A stretch of DNA of 64,000 bases from Azolla caroliniana (Eukaryota > Plantae > Polypodiophyta): NCBI GenBank assembly GCA_043228905.1, contig JBHGNT010000016.1, positions 5,332,001 through 5,396,000 on the forward strand, read 5' to 3'. This document shows, piece by piece, positions 1 to 13,000 of the stretch (within the stretch, counting starts at the first letter, position 1; each line of letters begins with the position of its first letter). The notes beneath the pieces were generated by a model. That model saw only the letters and a list, made by a program, of their open reading frames with translations. It made no database searches and was not told the origin of the DNA. The translations under genes and the position numbers were made by a program.

Positions 1-1416
1 ATGGCTATGCAACTTAGACCTAGGATCATTTTGTATCATTAAAGCTTATAAAGTTGTCGAGAATTAGAAAGTAGAAAATGTTATTAACTAAATTTAAATA
101 GAAATTAATAAATTATTACAAGGCCCTTTTGATCTAAACAAGAAGAAAACAATATCATTTTATAACCCGATCTAATGGTCATCACCAATGGATCTCTTGC
201 TCTTTGAAGACATCTTAATTACCCCTCATATCTCTGGCATCCCAAAATTGCAAGGCATCACAGGCTAGTAGATTTTGCAAGTTTCCCTACACCTTCTTAT
301 TGACTTTAATCCTCAAATTGGTTCATCGGATATCAAACATCCGCAAAATCAACTGTACATTTATGTTCATACTTGTTGTAATTCAAAGTTGAGTCTTATG
401 ATGTATAAATGAAACAATTCATATTGTATATTTGCAAAGTTCGTCCTTTGATGGATAACACTTTGGTAAAAAATGAATTCTCAAGGTTTGGTAATCCACT
501 TGTTTCATTGTTGGTTTTGAATTGTATCAATCTTGAGCATATACTCACAACACATAATCAATGTAAGTGACTTTGCCCAACAACATTATGTGAAAAGTTG
601 CCAAACTCTTCGCATAGATTTACAATGATCAATGAACAAAGTGTAGAAGATATACTGAAGTATGATTTGCAAATTATACTAGTAATTGATGAGAATTTTT
701 ATGATATTGACTTCCATCGAGAAAACTAGGATTTCTATGGAAACAAAACTAGAAACCATGCTCCATCACTAGGCTCATGAACTTCAATTCCATTACAGTG
801 CATGATGGGGGTTATCGATTGAGTTGTTGTGGCCTATAATGATCATGTGGCATCAACATTGACTAGTATATATAGATATCGACTTTATTATCATTTCTCA
901 AAGGTCAAATACAAACCCAAGTATATGCACAAGCATATTATGAAAGAAACACGACAATGAAGTAGAAAATCAACAAATCATGGTGTCATAGTAATATTAT
1001 TGCAACATGTAGATTGTTGATTATAATAAAATATCCATTACCCCATGTTGATCATATATTAAAATTTAAAACATTAGAAAAAAGGGTCTAACCATGTGTA
1101 TAGTGTGTGTGTGCACAAGATAAGGGCATCTACACATGATGTGGTGCTTTGTCCCGAGGACATAATATGAATAGTGATGATGATCACGATCGTCGATCGC
1201 AACACAAATGTATCGACAATATGGTGACCCTCCTTTGTGTTCGTTTTCACACCATGTTTAATTTATTTACTCAAATATTGACCCCTTAGGTACACAATCC
1301 AAGGCCTGGTGTTTTTTAGAAGACTATTCTTTGTTCACAAAAACAAACCATTGGGTCAACATTGAACTAAAACAAAACCATTGTGATTAATCAATCTACA
1401 TACATAACAGCTAGTC

Positions 1417-3189
1417 ATGCATCCTTCACATCTAAATTATCTCCTGATTCTCATCATTCCTTCGACATTCTGTCTCATTCGATCGTACTCAGCATATAGC
1501 ATTCAATCTGCTCGTGCCGCCCATCAAAAACCCATCGCGATCACATTTCCTGCCTATCACCTCCGTGACCGTCGATTGGCCGATTCGTCCGATCTGCTCG
1601 ACGATACTCAAGTGCAAACATATCCCATTCCCCATTATGTCACACCATCCTATAACCATCCGGTGTCAACAAGATTGTCGATCCGATCCCGACAAATACC
1701 GGATCATGGGGATGATTTGCACACCAAAGATATCATTGCGTCGACATATGAATACTCTATGCCTCTTCGTAGAGCATTGGCCGATCAATCAATCCCCGGC
1801 CCTGGCCCCGGCCCCGGCCGGGGGCTGTTGTCGCCGGACCAGCCGCAATATCGGAGCGAGGTTATCACCCTTGGCCAATCCTCGGGTCAATATTTTGCTA
1901 TTATGAAGCTCGGGACTCCGGCCATAGATGTGGCTCTCATCATGGATTCGGGGAGCGCGCTCGGCTGGGTACAATGCGAGCCATGTGACCGATGCGGGGC
2001 ACAGCAACCGGGATTCCCCATCTTCGACCCTTTGGCTTCGACTACTTTCGCCACTAATCCGTGTAGCGCGGACGGAACGGGGGAATGCGAGATTAAACCG
2101 GGAAACTCGAGCATTAACGACGGCATCACTACATCTTGCACCGGCCCCCCTAAGTCATCTAGCAAGGTGTGCGGCTACTCCGTAACATATGCCGATAATA
2201 GCACAAGCTTCGGGTGGCTGTCCAATGACACCCTTACCCTCATCTCCTCGATCAACACGACCGATCTTCCTGGGGGCCTCCTCCGGCACCCCGGCTTCCT
2301 CTTCGGATGCGGCACCCGGAACGAAGGCATCGAGACACGGTTCAACGCCTCGGGAATGCTCGGCCTCAACCGAGGCCCGCTCTCCATCGTCTCTCAGCTC
2401 GGTGTCGGAACATTCGCGTATTGCCTCCCCAGCCGATTCCGATCGGTCGACGTCTCTGGCTACCTCACATTCGGTGGAGCCAATGCCACCACCACCACTA
2501 CATCTTCTTCTTCGACACCGCCGGTACTGAAATACACCCCGATGATCCGAAACACCATATCCACCTTCACTTCGCAATTCTACTACCTCGATGTGACAGG
2601 CATGTCGGTGCACGGGAGGCGGCTCGGCATCCCGTCGAGCGCGTGGGCGATCGATCCCAGCACGGGACATGGAGGTACCGTCATCGATTCCGGGACCACG
2701 ATCACGTCATTGGTGGAGGAGGCGTATTCGGTCTTCGTGGAGGCCTTTCACGCGGAGATGGATCCGGGATTGGCATTGGTGGACCACGGGGTGAACGGGG
2801 CGACGGTGTGCTACCAGGCGTCCTCCACACCAGCCGTGCCCAACGTGACATTGCATTTAAGTGGGGGAGTGGACCTCGACCTTCGGGCCGACCATCTCTT
2901 CCGTATCGTCACGGCCTCCTCCTCCTCCTCCTCATCCGGGGGGTATAGGCAATATTGTCTCGCATTCGGCAATGCCGGGAAATTAGGCGACGGAGCAAAG
3001 AACTTCATCGGTAATATCCAGCAGCAGGATTTCCTGGTGCACTACGACCTCGCCGCTTCTCGGATCGGCTTCGCCCCCACACTATGCAATCCAATGCCTA
3101 GTGAAGGATCTCCTGTCATTTCAACATACACCATCCTCCTATATTATTCTTATCATGTGATGTTCATGGTTTGCATCTTAATCTTGTAA
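1417..3189 (+). CDS. Pepsin-like (A1B, nepenthesin/CDR1-like) aspartic protease, secreted, probable C-terminal membrane or GPI anchor; intronless
   Basis: 590-aa ORF. N-terminal hydrophobic signal peptide, GQYF...LGTP, two catalytic motifs (IMDSGS and VIDSGTT), Cys-rich QCEPCDRC segment, FLFGCG, GMLGL, FAYCL and IGNIQQQ...YDL...IGF motifs, hydrophobic C-terminal tail. Confidence 0.95.
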   Translation: MHPSHLNYLLILIIPSTFCLIRSYSAYSIQSARAAHQKPIAITFPAYHLRDRRLADSSDLLDDTQVQTYPIPHYVTPSYNHPVSTRLSIRSRQIPDHGDDLHTKDIIASTYEYSMPLRRALADQSIPGPGPGPGRGLLSPDQPQYRSEVITLGQSSGQYFAIMKLGTPAIDVALIMDSGSALGWVQCEPCDRCGAQQPGFPIFDPLASTTFATNPCSADGTGECEIKPGNSSINDGITTSCTGPPKSSSKVCGYSVTYADNSTSFGWLSNDTLTLISSINTTDLPGGLLRHPGFLFGCGTRNEGIETRFNASGMLGLNRGPLSIVSQLGVGTFAYCLPSRFRSVDVSGYLTFGGANATTTTTSSSSTPPVLKYTPMIRNTISTFTSQFYYLDVTGMSVHGRRLGIPSSAWAIDPSTGHGGTVIDSGTTITSLVEEAYSVFVEAFHAEMDPGLALVDHGVNGATVCYQASSTPAVPNVTLHLSGGVDLDLRADHLFRIVTASSSSSSSGGYRQYCLAFGNAGKLGDGAKNFIGNIQQQDFLVHYDLAASRIGFAPTLCNPMPSEGSPVISTYTILLYYSYHVMFMVCILIL

Positions 3190-5894
3190 CCTTAGGACCT
3201 TATGTATACATGAACCACACACTCTCGTTCCCAAGGGAAAATGGATCACAAACGATCTACTTCATTGGGAAATTTCTGAGCAAACGGATTTCTTAGGGCA
3301 CTACAATGTCAAGTTAAAAGTTAATGCCATTTGTCCCCACACACCGATCCATTGGTTGTGCTCCAATCGTATGGCACAAATACCCCATATCGAAATAATG
3401 GATCCTCAATATATATTACTCTTGTTATGTAAATTCCATTGGTTTGCAATTTCATGTACATAGATAGATAGATGAGGCAAATATGTTGTATGGTCAAATG
3501 AGTCCTACTTGGGGAAATGCTCTCTTGTCGCAGTGGGCCATATATGTTGCTTGTCACTTGCAAAAGTGAGGAGTCAGAAATTCAAAATTGTAATTAGAAA
3601 TTACCATGATCTTCTTGTGACATACTTCTTGTACAAACGTTTTGCGCATGGTAGTAGTTGGTCGTGCTTCGTACACAACACATACATTGAAATTGAAGAA
3701 AATAGGTATGAACTTGTAGGTTCCAACCCTGTCCTTTTATGGTTACTTTATTGGTGACTTCATGTGGATGGGAAGCATTTGCTTTTGACTTTCATGTTGT
3801 AGTAACATATCAAACTTAGATACACGTGCTCACGGAAACATTCTTCACATTAAGATTAGGAATATTATGTTGATTTTTTCCCTTAACTTTTTGTAACCTT
3901 GTCTAGTTTGATTATATACAAGATTCTAACGTCTTTCAAATGTGTGTTATAAATCGGATAACACAAGATATCACACATAGTATCACGATTCACATTTATG
4001 TAGTTGAATTGAATTTCATCACAACAATATTCCCTAGGAATATGCACTAGAAGTAGGGACTTACCCTTTCAACGTCACAATTTCAAGATGGCCATTAAAT
4101 AGAGAGCAAAGAGATCTCATGGTTGGGTAGGTCATGCATGTAAAAGGACTAAATGTTTGAATAACCAGAAAAAGGGCAAAAACCTTTGGATGCTTCAAAT
4201 CCTGGTAAATTAAAGTTTGTGTTCCTTGGATTCATCGACATCAATCACCCTACATATGTATGTAGCACAATTTAAATTCATGCCTCGACAAGCTAGTCAA
4301 CAACTTCAAGCTCATATGCTTATTTCACCATGCAATGTTTTTACTTGGCTATCCACAATTTGCTAACAGGGTCAACTACTAGGAGTTCCAAAACCTACTT
4401 ACACACATTAATGTCTACAATTATATGAGATGGGAATTACAAAATCTATTTTTTGGCCTATCCAGAAGTGTAGACCTAAATTTATATTTTCCTTGGTTCA
4501 AACTGGGAGGTAATATGGCACCTAGTTGATTTGAGAAGAAAGAAATTCTCCTTACACATTTATTCATTTGATTTATTAATCCCATCACACTAGTTTAGAG
4601 AACATCCTATATGGAGACATGAAACATTGCTAGGTATATAACATCTCTATATTATAGATCGTAGTAAAGGTTCCCATTTTGTCTCCTCCTCTTCGATGTA
4701 ATTGTCATGTATCTCTCCTCTTCTCTCTTATATATTGCTTTCTTAATTTATTATCAAATAATATTATTATCATCATCATGTGTTTAGTTTCCCTATGCTT
4801 GCCTAACACCACATCAATTGGTCTAAAATGGGTGAATATGTTGACTGGGATTTAATTGATAATAGAAAAGTAAGCTAAGTTCATAATATATTTGTGATCT
4901 CTAAAGACAAATCCCCAAGTATCTTTGCCACCCTTGCAAAATGGTATTTCGTTGAGACAATTCATTACTATAGACGGAATTTCAACAAAGTACCTACAAA
5001 TCATGTATTAATATCGATAGATAAGTAAGCACATAGTTAAGTTCAAAATCATATTACCGATTATTCAAACGTACTCACTAGTACATTCTAAAGCATATCT
5101 CCTTGTCTACTATTTGTGTGATCACGTTGAATCCCTTAATAAAATCCCTCACTATACATTTTTATATAATTGACATATAAGTACATTTTTTCCCCTCATT
5201 TCACACTCACTCACATATGACTTAATTGACATATTGGTACATTTTCATCTAATTGCATGCTCATGCACAACCAACTCATTCATTCCGGCATTTGGAGCAT
5301 TTCAATAGATACATTTTTTGATTGAAAAGGAATAAACAAACAAAAGCGAATTTAGGATATGCTTTTTATTTTTATATAATGGCGTGCACGATCAACTCGT
5401 TCATATAGAGTATGTCAATGGATGCCTTTTTTTTATTAAAGAAGTATAAAGAAACAAAACAAAAAAAAGAGATATTATTTCATTTTTAGGTGATGATGTT
5501 GAGCCTCTTTAACAAGTAAAGTCCGCAATGTTTGAAGTCTATTGCACGATTATTGATGCTTTACACGCTACACATTAAGTTGTAAGCAATAATTATAAGT
5601 GTTTATGAGAAGACATATTAAGGTCATGCAATGAAAGGATTACGTGGAGCATTCTTATATATTATGGAGCCCATGCAAATTGTTAGCATTGTCTTTGTAC
5701 GCGCAATGTTATTGTTTACATTTGTTTTTAAAAAAATTTCCAACAATGGTTTGTAATATATATTATGTCTAAAGGGATTTAACTGATATATGGACATTTC
5801 CAAATATTCTTAACAACTTCATCATGGATTTAAATGTCGCCATGTTGTTACGCATGAAACTTGTTGTTAGCGTGTCAAGACTTGAACCCATGTT

Positions 5895-6503
5895 TTTTTT
5901 CCATAAAAAATATCCTCCATTGGTATTAACTTAAAGTGGCCAAAGTCAATATATAAAATAGTCAACTATTACAAAGAATATTGCAACATATTAACTAGAA
6001 AACTATTGAACACTCATGTAGCTTCCACAATCCAACCACATTTAGTATCCATATCAAGGAAGGAATTACCACCAACAACAATGGGTTCAAAAAACCCCTC
6101 TTTTTACAAGCTGAATATGGATTTTTGACCTTTAGCACTGGAGTCTATGCCACTGCAAACTTGAAATCCAAAGAAACTATTATTGCATCTGGAGACACTC
6201 CCTCAAGTTGTGAACAAGCTTTGATAAGGGCCACAAAAATGTGTTGTACCATATATTGCTCAACATTCCTTCTATTTTGATGCAGTTTGATAGCATCATA
6301 TGGCATTCTCCATCTCACATAATGCCTGCTAAGGACAATGGATGACTGCTCATTTTGATTAGCCAGCTTCTCCAAAGCACGCCTCAACCTTACTTCCAAG
6401 GTTCACAAAGATAGGTTACATCTCTCTAACATGCATACAAAATCAGCCACCTTTAGAACTCCATACAATTTGAACAAAACTTTGCCGATGAATTCCAATG
6501 GTT
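5895..6503 (-). pseudogene. Retroposed degenerate PPR-gene fragment with A-tail, flanked by a 17-bp TSD
   Basis: AGACTTGAACCCATGTT occurs at 5878-5894 and 6504-6520, with a T-run at the left end (A-tail on -). Minus-strand translation gives PPR remnants (FVALIKACSQL; IHIQLVKRG...GNSFLDMDTKCGWIVEAT*VF) broken by stops and frameshifts. Confidence 0.8.
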
Positions 6504-6610
6504 AGACTTGAACCCATGTTGTTAAGCATGTGATTACCTCAACACTAACATGTTTACATGTTGAAAAGTTTAGAAATATGTTATAGTAAATTGTAACTCA
6601 AACTCGCAAT

Positions 6611-7346
6611 AGTTGCAGGGATAAAGGCATATCTGATGACTTGTTGAAGTCGATTTGGAGAAGACTATGGGCATTCGATATGCCAGAGAAAATAAAGCTT
6701 TGGTTGTGGCTTCTTAGCCATCGGGCGATACATGTGGGGGAGTGGTTGAGGTGTCGTAGTGGGGAGGCTAGTTGCAAGATATGTGGACATTCTTTGGAAT
6801 TGATCCCTCACTGTTTTTGGATTAGCATTTGGGGTAGAAGTCTCAGTATCGTGGCATCATGTGGTGTAAATGGGAGAGTTGTATAGGGGTCCTTACAAGG
6901 GCTGAAGTCAACAGGGGAAGGCTGGGCCGAATAGATAAACCCTCATGGTCATGGATTTATAGTGCAAGGTGGCAATGTGTTTCAATGTCCTAGAGTTTGA
7001 CCTGGCACAAAATCAACATTTTTTGAGGAGATATGGATGATGGTGGCTTGCTTATTGGTTTGGCACATTTGGACCAAGCGTTGTAAGTCTGTATTTCAAC
7101 AACAAAAGCTCCCAAGCGGTGAGGTGTTGTTAAACATATGGTTTGAGCTGGTATCTTGGTTGCGGGGACGGTACGACTCGATTCAGGGGGAATCAGATGA
7201 AGCAAAAAGAGCTCGGTCAAAGTTTCTACTGAAATGGGGCAGTTCCTTTATGGTGGTCAGATCATCATCAAGGCCTAAATGGAACTACCAAGCCCCCATA
7301 TGGTTGTTTTTGCCAATGGCTTCCATTAGTGACCAGGAGTTGTAAA
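6611..7346 (+). mobile_element. 5'-truncated L1-type LINE (LINE-A), ORF2 C-terminus; its 3' UTR resumes after the nested insertions
   Basis: zf-RVT-like KIKLWLWLLSHRAI...CKICG...HCFW, then WHIWTKRC and terminal WNYQAPIWLF. Stop at 7345 directly precedes the LINE-B TSD. Confidence 0.85.
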
Positions 7347-9659
7347 TATGTATAGTTGTGTTTTTTTTTCTCCCAAAAAAGATACTACATTAGTATTAGA
7401 AAACACCATAAGGCTAAACATACAAGATATACCACCGATCCCCTATGTTTTTCTAAGTTCTAACCATTGGCTTAAATAAATACTTTGGTGTTGAGTAGAA
7501 CCACTCCACCTTATCAAAACACCGTCTATAGAATATACCTATGTCCCAAATGGCATGAAACTCCAAACACTTAAGCTTTGCTTGATGCGTATTACCTTTT
7601 ATACTATCCAAAAACCCTATGAGATTATGCACAATCTCTATCCAAATTCTCGAAATTATTTGGGTAGGTCTTTCAGTCACATTTTGAAAGACCTTCAAAC
7701 ATCGAACCTTCCAAATCTACCAAATTGTAATACTACAGTTTACCAATTGCCATATTTGAGGTTTATTAGTTTGTATTTGTGGATTCAGAGTGATCATATT
7801 TTTTCCCATCAAACCATGCCTCATTACAATAGCATCTACAACCTCCTCTTGTTCATATACCATAGGTTTATCATGTACCACCGCCCATAATACTGCACCC
7901 CCTGTATACACTACTATAGGATATATTGGAGCTAATAATTTTATGATTCGTTTCCATATGTCCAGAGCAAAACCACAACTCCACAAACAATGTTTAGCAG
8001 TCTCTATTACATATGTATAGAAAGGGCACATCTTGTCTACATTTCCTTTTCGCCACCAATTAACTGGTATAACATTATGAACCAACAACCATCGAAAACA
8101 AACAAATTTCCTACTCATCTTTATACCCCATAGCAATTTCCAAAATTGTTTGAGATGTTGTGGAGAAAGTCCATTTTGTCTCCAAATAACATTTGCAGTT
8201 AGTTCTTTCCATGATCTAACACCTAATATTTTCCTACCAATCTTCACAGAATACTGAAAGAACGACACTTATTTGATGTGATCTTGCACTCACACCTTCC
8301 AATACAGTTGTCCAAGATCCCAAGTTATTCTAGATATTGGTCTCCTTTCCATAATCCAAATCCTCCAAAAATAATTCACCTTTTGAGGATCCGGGTCTAA
8401 GACCCAATTTGAATCATGATTTGCAATCACCCTCACTTCTTTATGCAAACAAAACCTAAACAAATCATTTTCCTTAGGTGTAAAGAGTAGCTTCCATCAT
8501 CTTGTACATCAAAACTCATACACTCTTGTTCCCCAATATAGGCTTTAACTCCAATTAAAACATCCAATGGAGTAAATAAACCCATCCATTTCTGTGTAGC
8601 AGATCCAATTTGCATCTGAGTATTAAAAAGGGCATTTTGTATTGCATAATACATTATCTTCCCACCCCTTACATTACGAATTAGTATCATTTGTTGATCT
8701 ATAGGTTTAGACAGAAATGTTGTCCATGCACCTATAGATTGTGCTGGCCCACGATCTAATTCTAACCATGCACATCTAGTACGCATTACCAACATCTACC
8801 CTCTTTGGTCAATCCACCATTAATTCCAAATTAGGGGTTGTCTAAAGAATTCAGATTCTTTTTTTGGCAATGTCTTAATTAAATCAAGAGAAATATCTTT
8901 CCATGCATTAAGAACACATTGAGCAAATCTCTCTTCCCAGTTTGTGGCCATAACCAATTTGTTATGTTCCAGAAAAGCCCATCTAAAACTAGGCCTCCAA
9001 TCTCTACCAGTTTTGGGACAAAACTTTTGCAATTCATAAAACAACAATGGTTTCCAAGGTTCCGATCCTGGCAACAATCTTCGAATCACCAATTTTGCAA
9101 TCAAAGCTTTGGACTATTGTAATGGATCAACAATCCCTAATCCTCCTTGATCCAATGGCTTAACAATTGTGGACCAAGAGACTTTTGCCTTGGCATGGCT
9201 TCCATCATTACGAGACCAGAAATAATTTCGAATCAAACTCTGTAATTGTCCCATACATGATCTTGAAAAACTCCAACATGACATAATATACCAAAGACTA
9301 GACAACAAAACTTCATTAATGACTATCACTCTACCCGCAAATGATAGTTTAGCTTTACTCTAAAACAATAGTTTTGATTTTATTTTCAATAACAAAGAAG
9401 CAACCTGAATTTCTGAAGAAATATTCAAACCTACTTGACATCCCAAATATCTAATTGAAGTGCCCTCGGGAATCCATCGGAAATCTGGATGAGAACTCCA
9501 TTGTGGAGTTGTGGAATTGGACGACACCAAAAAACCCACTGATTTATTCCAATTAATTGATGCACATGAAGCCATACGAAATGTTTGCATTGTTGTGTAC
9601 ATTTTTTGTTACAGATTATTATTTTGACCATCCAGATAGAAACTTGTATCATTAACAAA

Positions 9660-10065
9660 TGTTGAGAATCAAGCTCAACTTGGTCTAGTGTGTGAACTCA
9701 CCTTGAGAGTGAATAGACATTCCAACGGTCAAGAGTTACCATTAAGTCACCTCTTTGTATTCTAGCATTTAGTATGAGTCATAGAATCATATTCTATGAC
9801 ACATAACTTATGAGCTTTCACATTCCCCATGCTCCATGAGCCTTGTAGTTAATGAAAAGAGAGGGTGACTACATAAAGCACCCTCCTCCCACCTTGTATA
9901 GTGTTGAGTCTTTCTCCTTTGATAATATACTTTTACCTTGCGTATTCTCTGTGTATTATTCCTTGTCTCTCTCTCTCTCTCTCTCTCACTCTCTCTCTCT
10001 CTCTCTCACACACACATAACTCATATCTCTTCCGCTTCACAAGAATCCATATCCGATTCTTTACA
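9660..10065 (+). repeat. Copia 5' LTR (406 bp, internal (CT)n(CA)n microsatellite)
   Basis: Starts TGTTGAG, ends TTTACA. Near-identical to 21720-22127, with about 7 substitutions counted by eye plus microsatellite differences. Confidence 0.97.
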
Positions 10066-10077
10066 TGGTATCAGAGC
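10066..10077 (+). promoter_or_regulatory. Copia primer-binding site, initiator tRNA-Met
   Basis: TGGTATCAGAGC immediately after the 5' LTR. Confidence 0.95.
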
Positions 10078-13000
10078 GATTTGGTAGTTTGATCTAGCCC
10101 ATTTCGCCTCATCGTGATCGTGTGTTGTGCTCCACGCTGATGACCAAGAACCGGCTCATCGTTATCGTAGCTTCGCTACATAGGTCGCATTCGAAGAGAG
10201 AATCGACATAATGAATACTCAAATGGGGAGCGGTCTTCCTACCGAGAAGTTGGATCGAAACAACTCCGCATCTTGGGAGTACAAGATGCACTAATACCTT
10301 GTTGGACAAGGCTATTGGAGCTACATCAAAGGAGCGCATGAAGACCAACCCGCTGAAGCGGCTCCCGGATACGCGACATGGGAGCAAGCCGCAAGCCGCA
10401 AGCCGCAAGCTGCGTGATGTATTGCTTGGCGACATGTGTTCACGACCACATGCTCGGTTACATTCAAGAAGCCAAGACGCCGAAGGAAGCGTGGGAAAAT
10501 CTACGAAAGATTTTCGCCGCCCACACGACCGCGAGGAAGCTTCAACTCCGCCAAGAGTTGAACAACATTCAACAAAGGGACATGTCCATCACGACATACA
10601 CCTTGAAGATCAAGGAGCTTTGCGACTCGCTCGGTTAAATAAGCGTAAGTATCGATGATGATGAGATGGTGCAAATATTCCTCGGCGGCCTCGCACCACG
10701 GTTCAGCGCGATGCGAACCGCCGTTCTAGCACGGGAGAAATCGCCCTCCTTCTTCGAGCTCCAATCAATGCTATTGGTTGAAGAAAACCACGTGCGTACA
10801 AGGAGCAATGAGTCAGAAGGCCACATTCTCTACACGCACTCTAATGGAGGAAGAGGACGCGGACAAGCAAGAGGCCGATTCGGCCAAGGACAAGGCGGAC
10901 GAGGTCCAACCTACGACAACAACTCCCAATTTCGGCCGCAAAACGGAGGCCAACGAGGAACCTTCGCAAGAAGGGGGAGCTTCCACTCCGGCCCGAGCCG
11001 TCAAGATGCAACCGAATGCGGATATTGCGGACAGCTCAGTCACTACAAAAAAGAGTGCCGAAAGAAGATGCGTGAATTGGCTTCCACAAGCCGACAACTG
11101 CCGAATTACGCACACAATTCTGACTACGAAGAGTATAGCGGAATGTACGGGAACAACTCTGACCGTGGTGGAATGTTCATGATGAAACATAGAGCAAACT
11201 CTATGTCGGCCTCTCCGGAGCCTCAAACCATATGACATCCCACAAAGAATGGTTTCTCGAACTTCGAGAGCTAGAGCGACCCGGTTATGTCGAAGCCGGA
11301 TATGACACTACGCACCCGATTCGGCACATCGGCAATGTCCTGTTCGGTGAAAGAGGTAAGAAAACATACATTAAAAATGTATTGCATGTTTCCACCATCA
11401 CGAAGAATTTGGTCTCGGTCGGCCAAATGGTTGAGCAAGGGATGGAAGTACGATTCGATCAAGAAGGGTGCTTCATCGAAAGAGAAGGCCGAATCATCGC
11501 ACGCGGAAGAAGAGAGGGCCGGATGTTCATTCTCGATTCGCACGAGGTGAAATCCGCCATGTTCGCGAAAAGCACGAAAGTCGTCTTCGACATAGAGCTA
11601 TGGCATAAGTGAATCAGCCACATCAATCTCAACAAACTCAAAGCAATGAAATCGAAAGGCATCGTCATCGGACTCCCGACATTCATTGCTACGAAAGGAG
11701 TCCATTCCGACGTATGGGGACCGGCGTAGACGGCTACATTCCGCGGATGCCAATATTACGTGCTCTTCATCGACGACTTCTCCAGGCACACTTGGATCTA
11801 CCCGATGCGGCAAAAGAGCGAAGTGTTCGGACACTTCCAAACTTTTAAGAATGAAGTCGAGAAAGCCACGGCCGACATGTACGTTGCCTTCGATCGGATG
11901 GCGGCAAGGAGTACTTCTCGGATGTCTTCACGACGTATCTCCGAAAGGAAGGAATTCGGCGAGAATTCATTTTCCGACACACTCCGTAACAAAACGGGGT
12001 AGCCGAGCGCAAAAATCGGCACATCCTCGAAGTAGCGTGGGCCATGATGAACGAGAAGCATATGCCCAAGTCATATTGGGCCGAAGCTGCAAATACGGCC
12101 GTCTACCTAATGAATCGATGCACAACATCCGACGTCCACAAGGTCACTCCGCACGAAAAATACTTCGGAAAGAAGCCGGACTTATCGCACATACGGATAT
12201 TCGACGCGATAGCGTACGTGCACATCCCCGACGAGAAGCGTCAAAAGCTTGACCCGAAGTCGGAGAAATGTATCCTCGTAGGATACTCACTCGAACAAAA
12301 GGGGTACAAGTGCTACAACCCCTCAACTCGAAAATCTCGAGTGAGTCGAGATGTCGTTTTTGACGAGTCCGTATCCTGGTACGCACTAGAGACAACTTCG
12401 CCTCCGACTCCGCTTGACCTGGAATCTGTCGCACAAGAGATCGAGGATGAAGATCGCCTTACGCGCATGATCGAAGAAAGTCCGATCACGACCCGACTGA
12501 GCGGACCACAAGAGCCTTTAAGCGATCAAAGCACATCACGGCCTAGCCCGAAGATGGACAAAGGCAACTCGAAAATGGCGGAATACGAAGACGATCGCAT
12601 CGACGACGATGAATCGACTCACTCACTCGACAGTGAGTTCGGCGGCTCCGATGTACCAATCGGAGCTAAGAAAGCCCTCATCTCCGCAAACGAGAGGCTC
12701 CGTCGATCCACCCGTGACAAGAACCCCATAAGCCGATTCGGCTACAACGATTATATGGTGTACCATTACGCCTTTATGATGAAGGTAGCGACAATACGGG
12801 AGCCGGAAACCTTTTCGGAAGCCGTGAAGGACCCGCGATGGATCGAAGCAATGAATGAGGAGATGCAAGCACTACGGAAGAACGAGACGTGGTATCTCGT
12901 TCCCACCTCACCACACAAAAAGGCGATCGGATGCAGATGGATCTACAAGGTGAAGTATAACGCTGATGGCTCCGTAAACTGCTACAAAGCTCGACTTGTA

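Noticed and set aside
1-1100. Decayed coding-like AT-rich sequence
   Set aside because: No ORF or motif I can assign.
4520-4808. LTR-like segment (TATA, CT-rich tract, ending CTAACA)
   Set aside because: No matching TG start with a TSD could be identified.
5860-6550. tRNA gene or SINE suggested by B-box-like GGGTTCAAGTC on the minus strand at the PPR-insert target site
   Set aside because: No A-box or cloverleaf can be supported; a single short motif is insufficient.
6600-6610. Possible LINE-A TSD (AAACTCGCAAT versus AAACAAGCAAT at about 25778)
   Set aside because: Two mismatches in 11 AT-rich bases; used only as a rough boundary hint.
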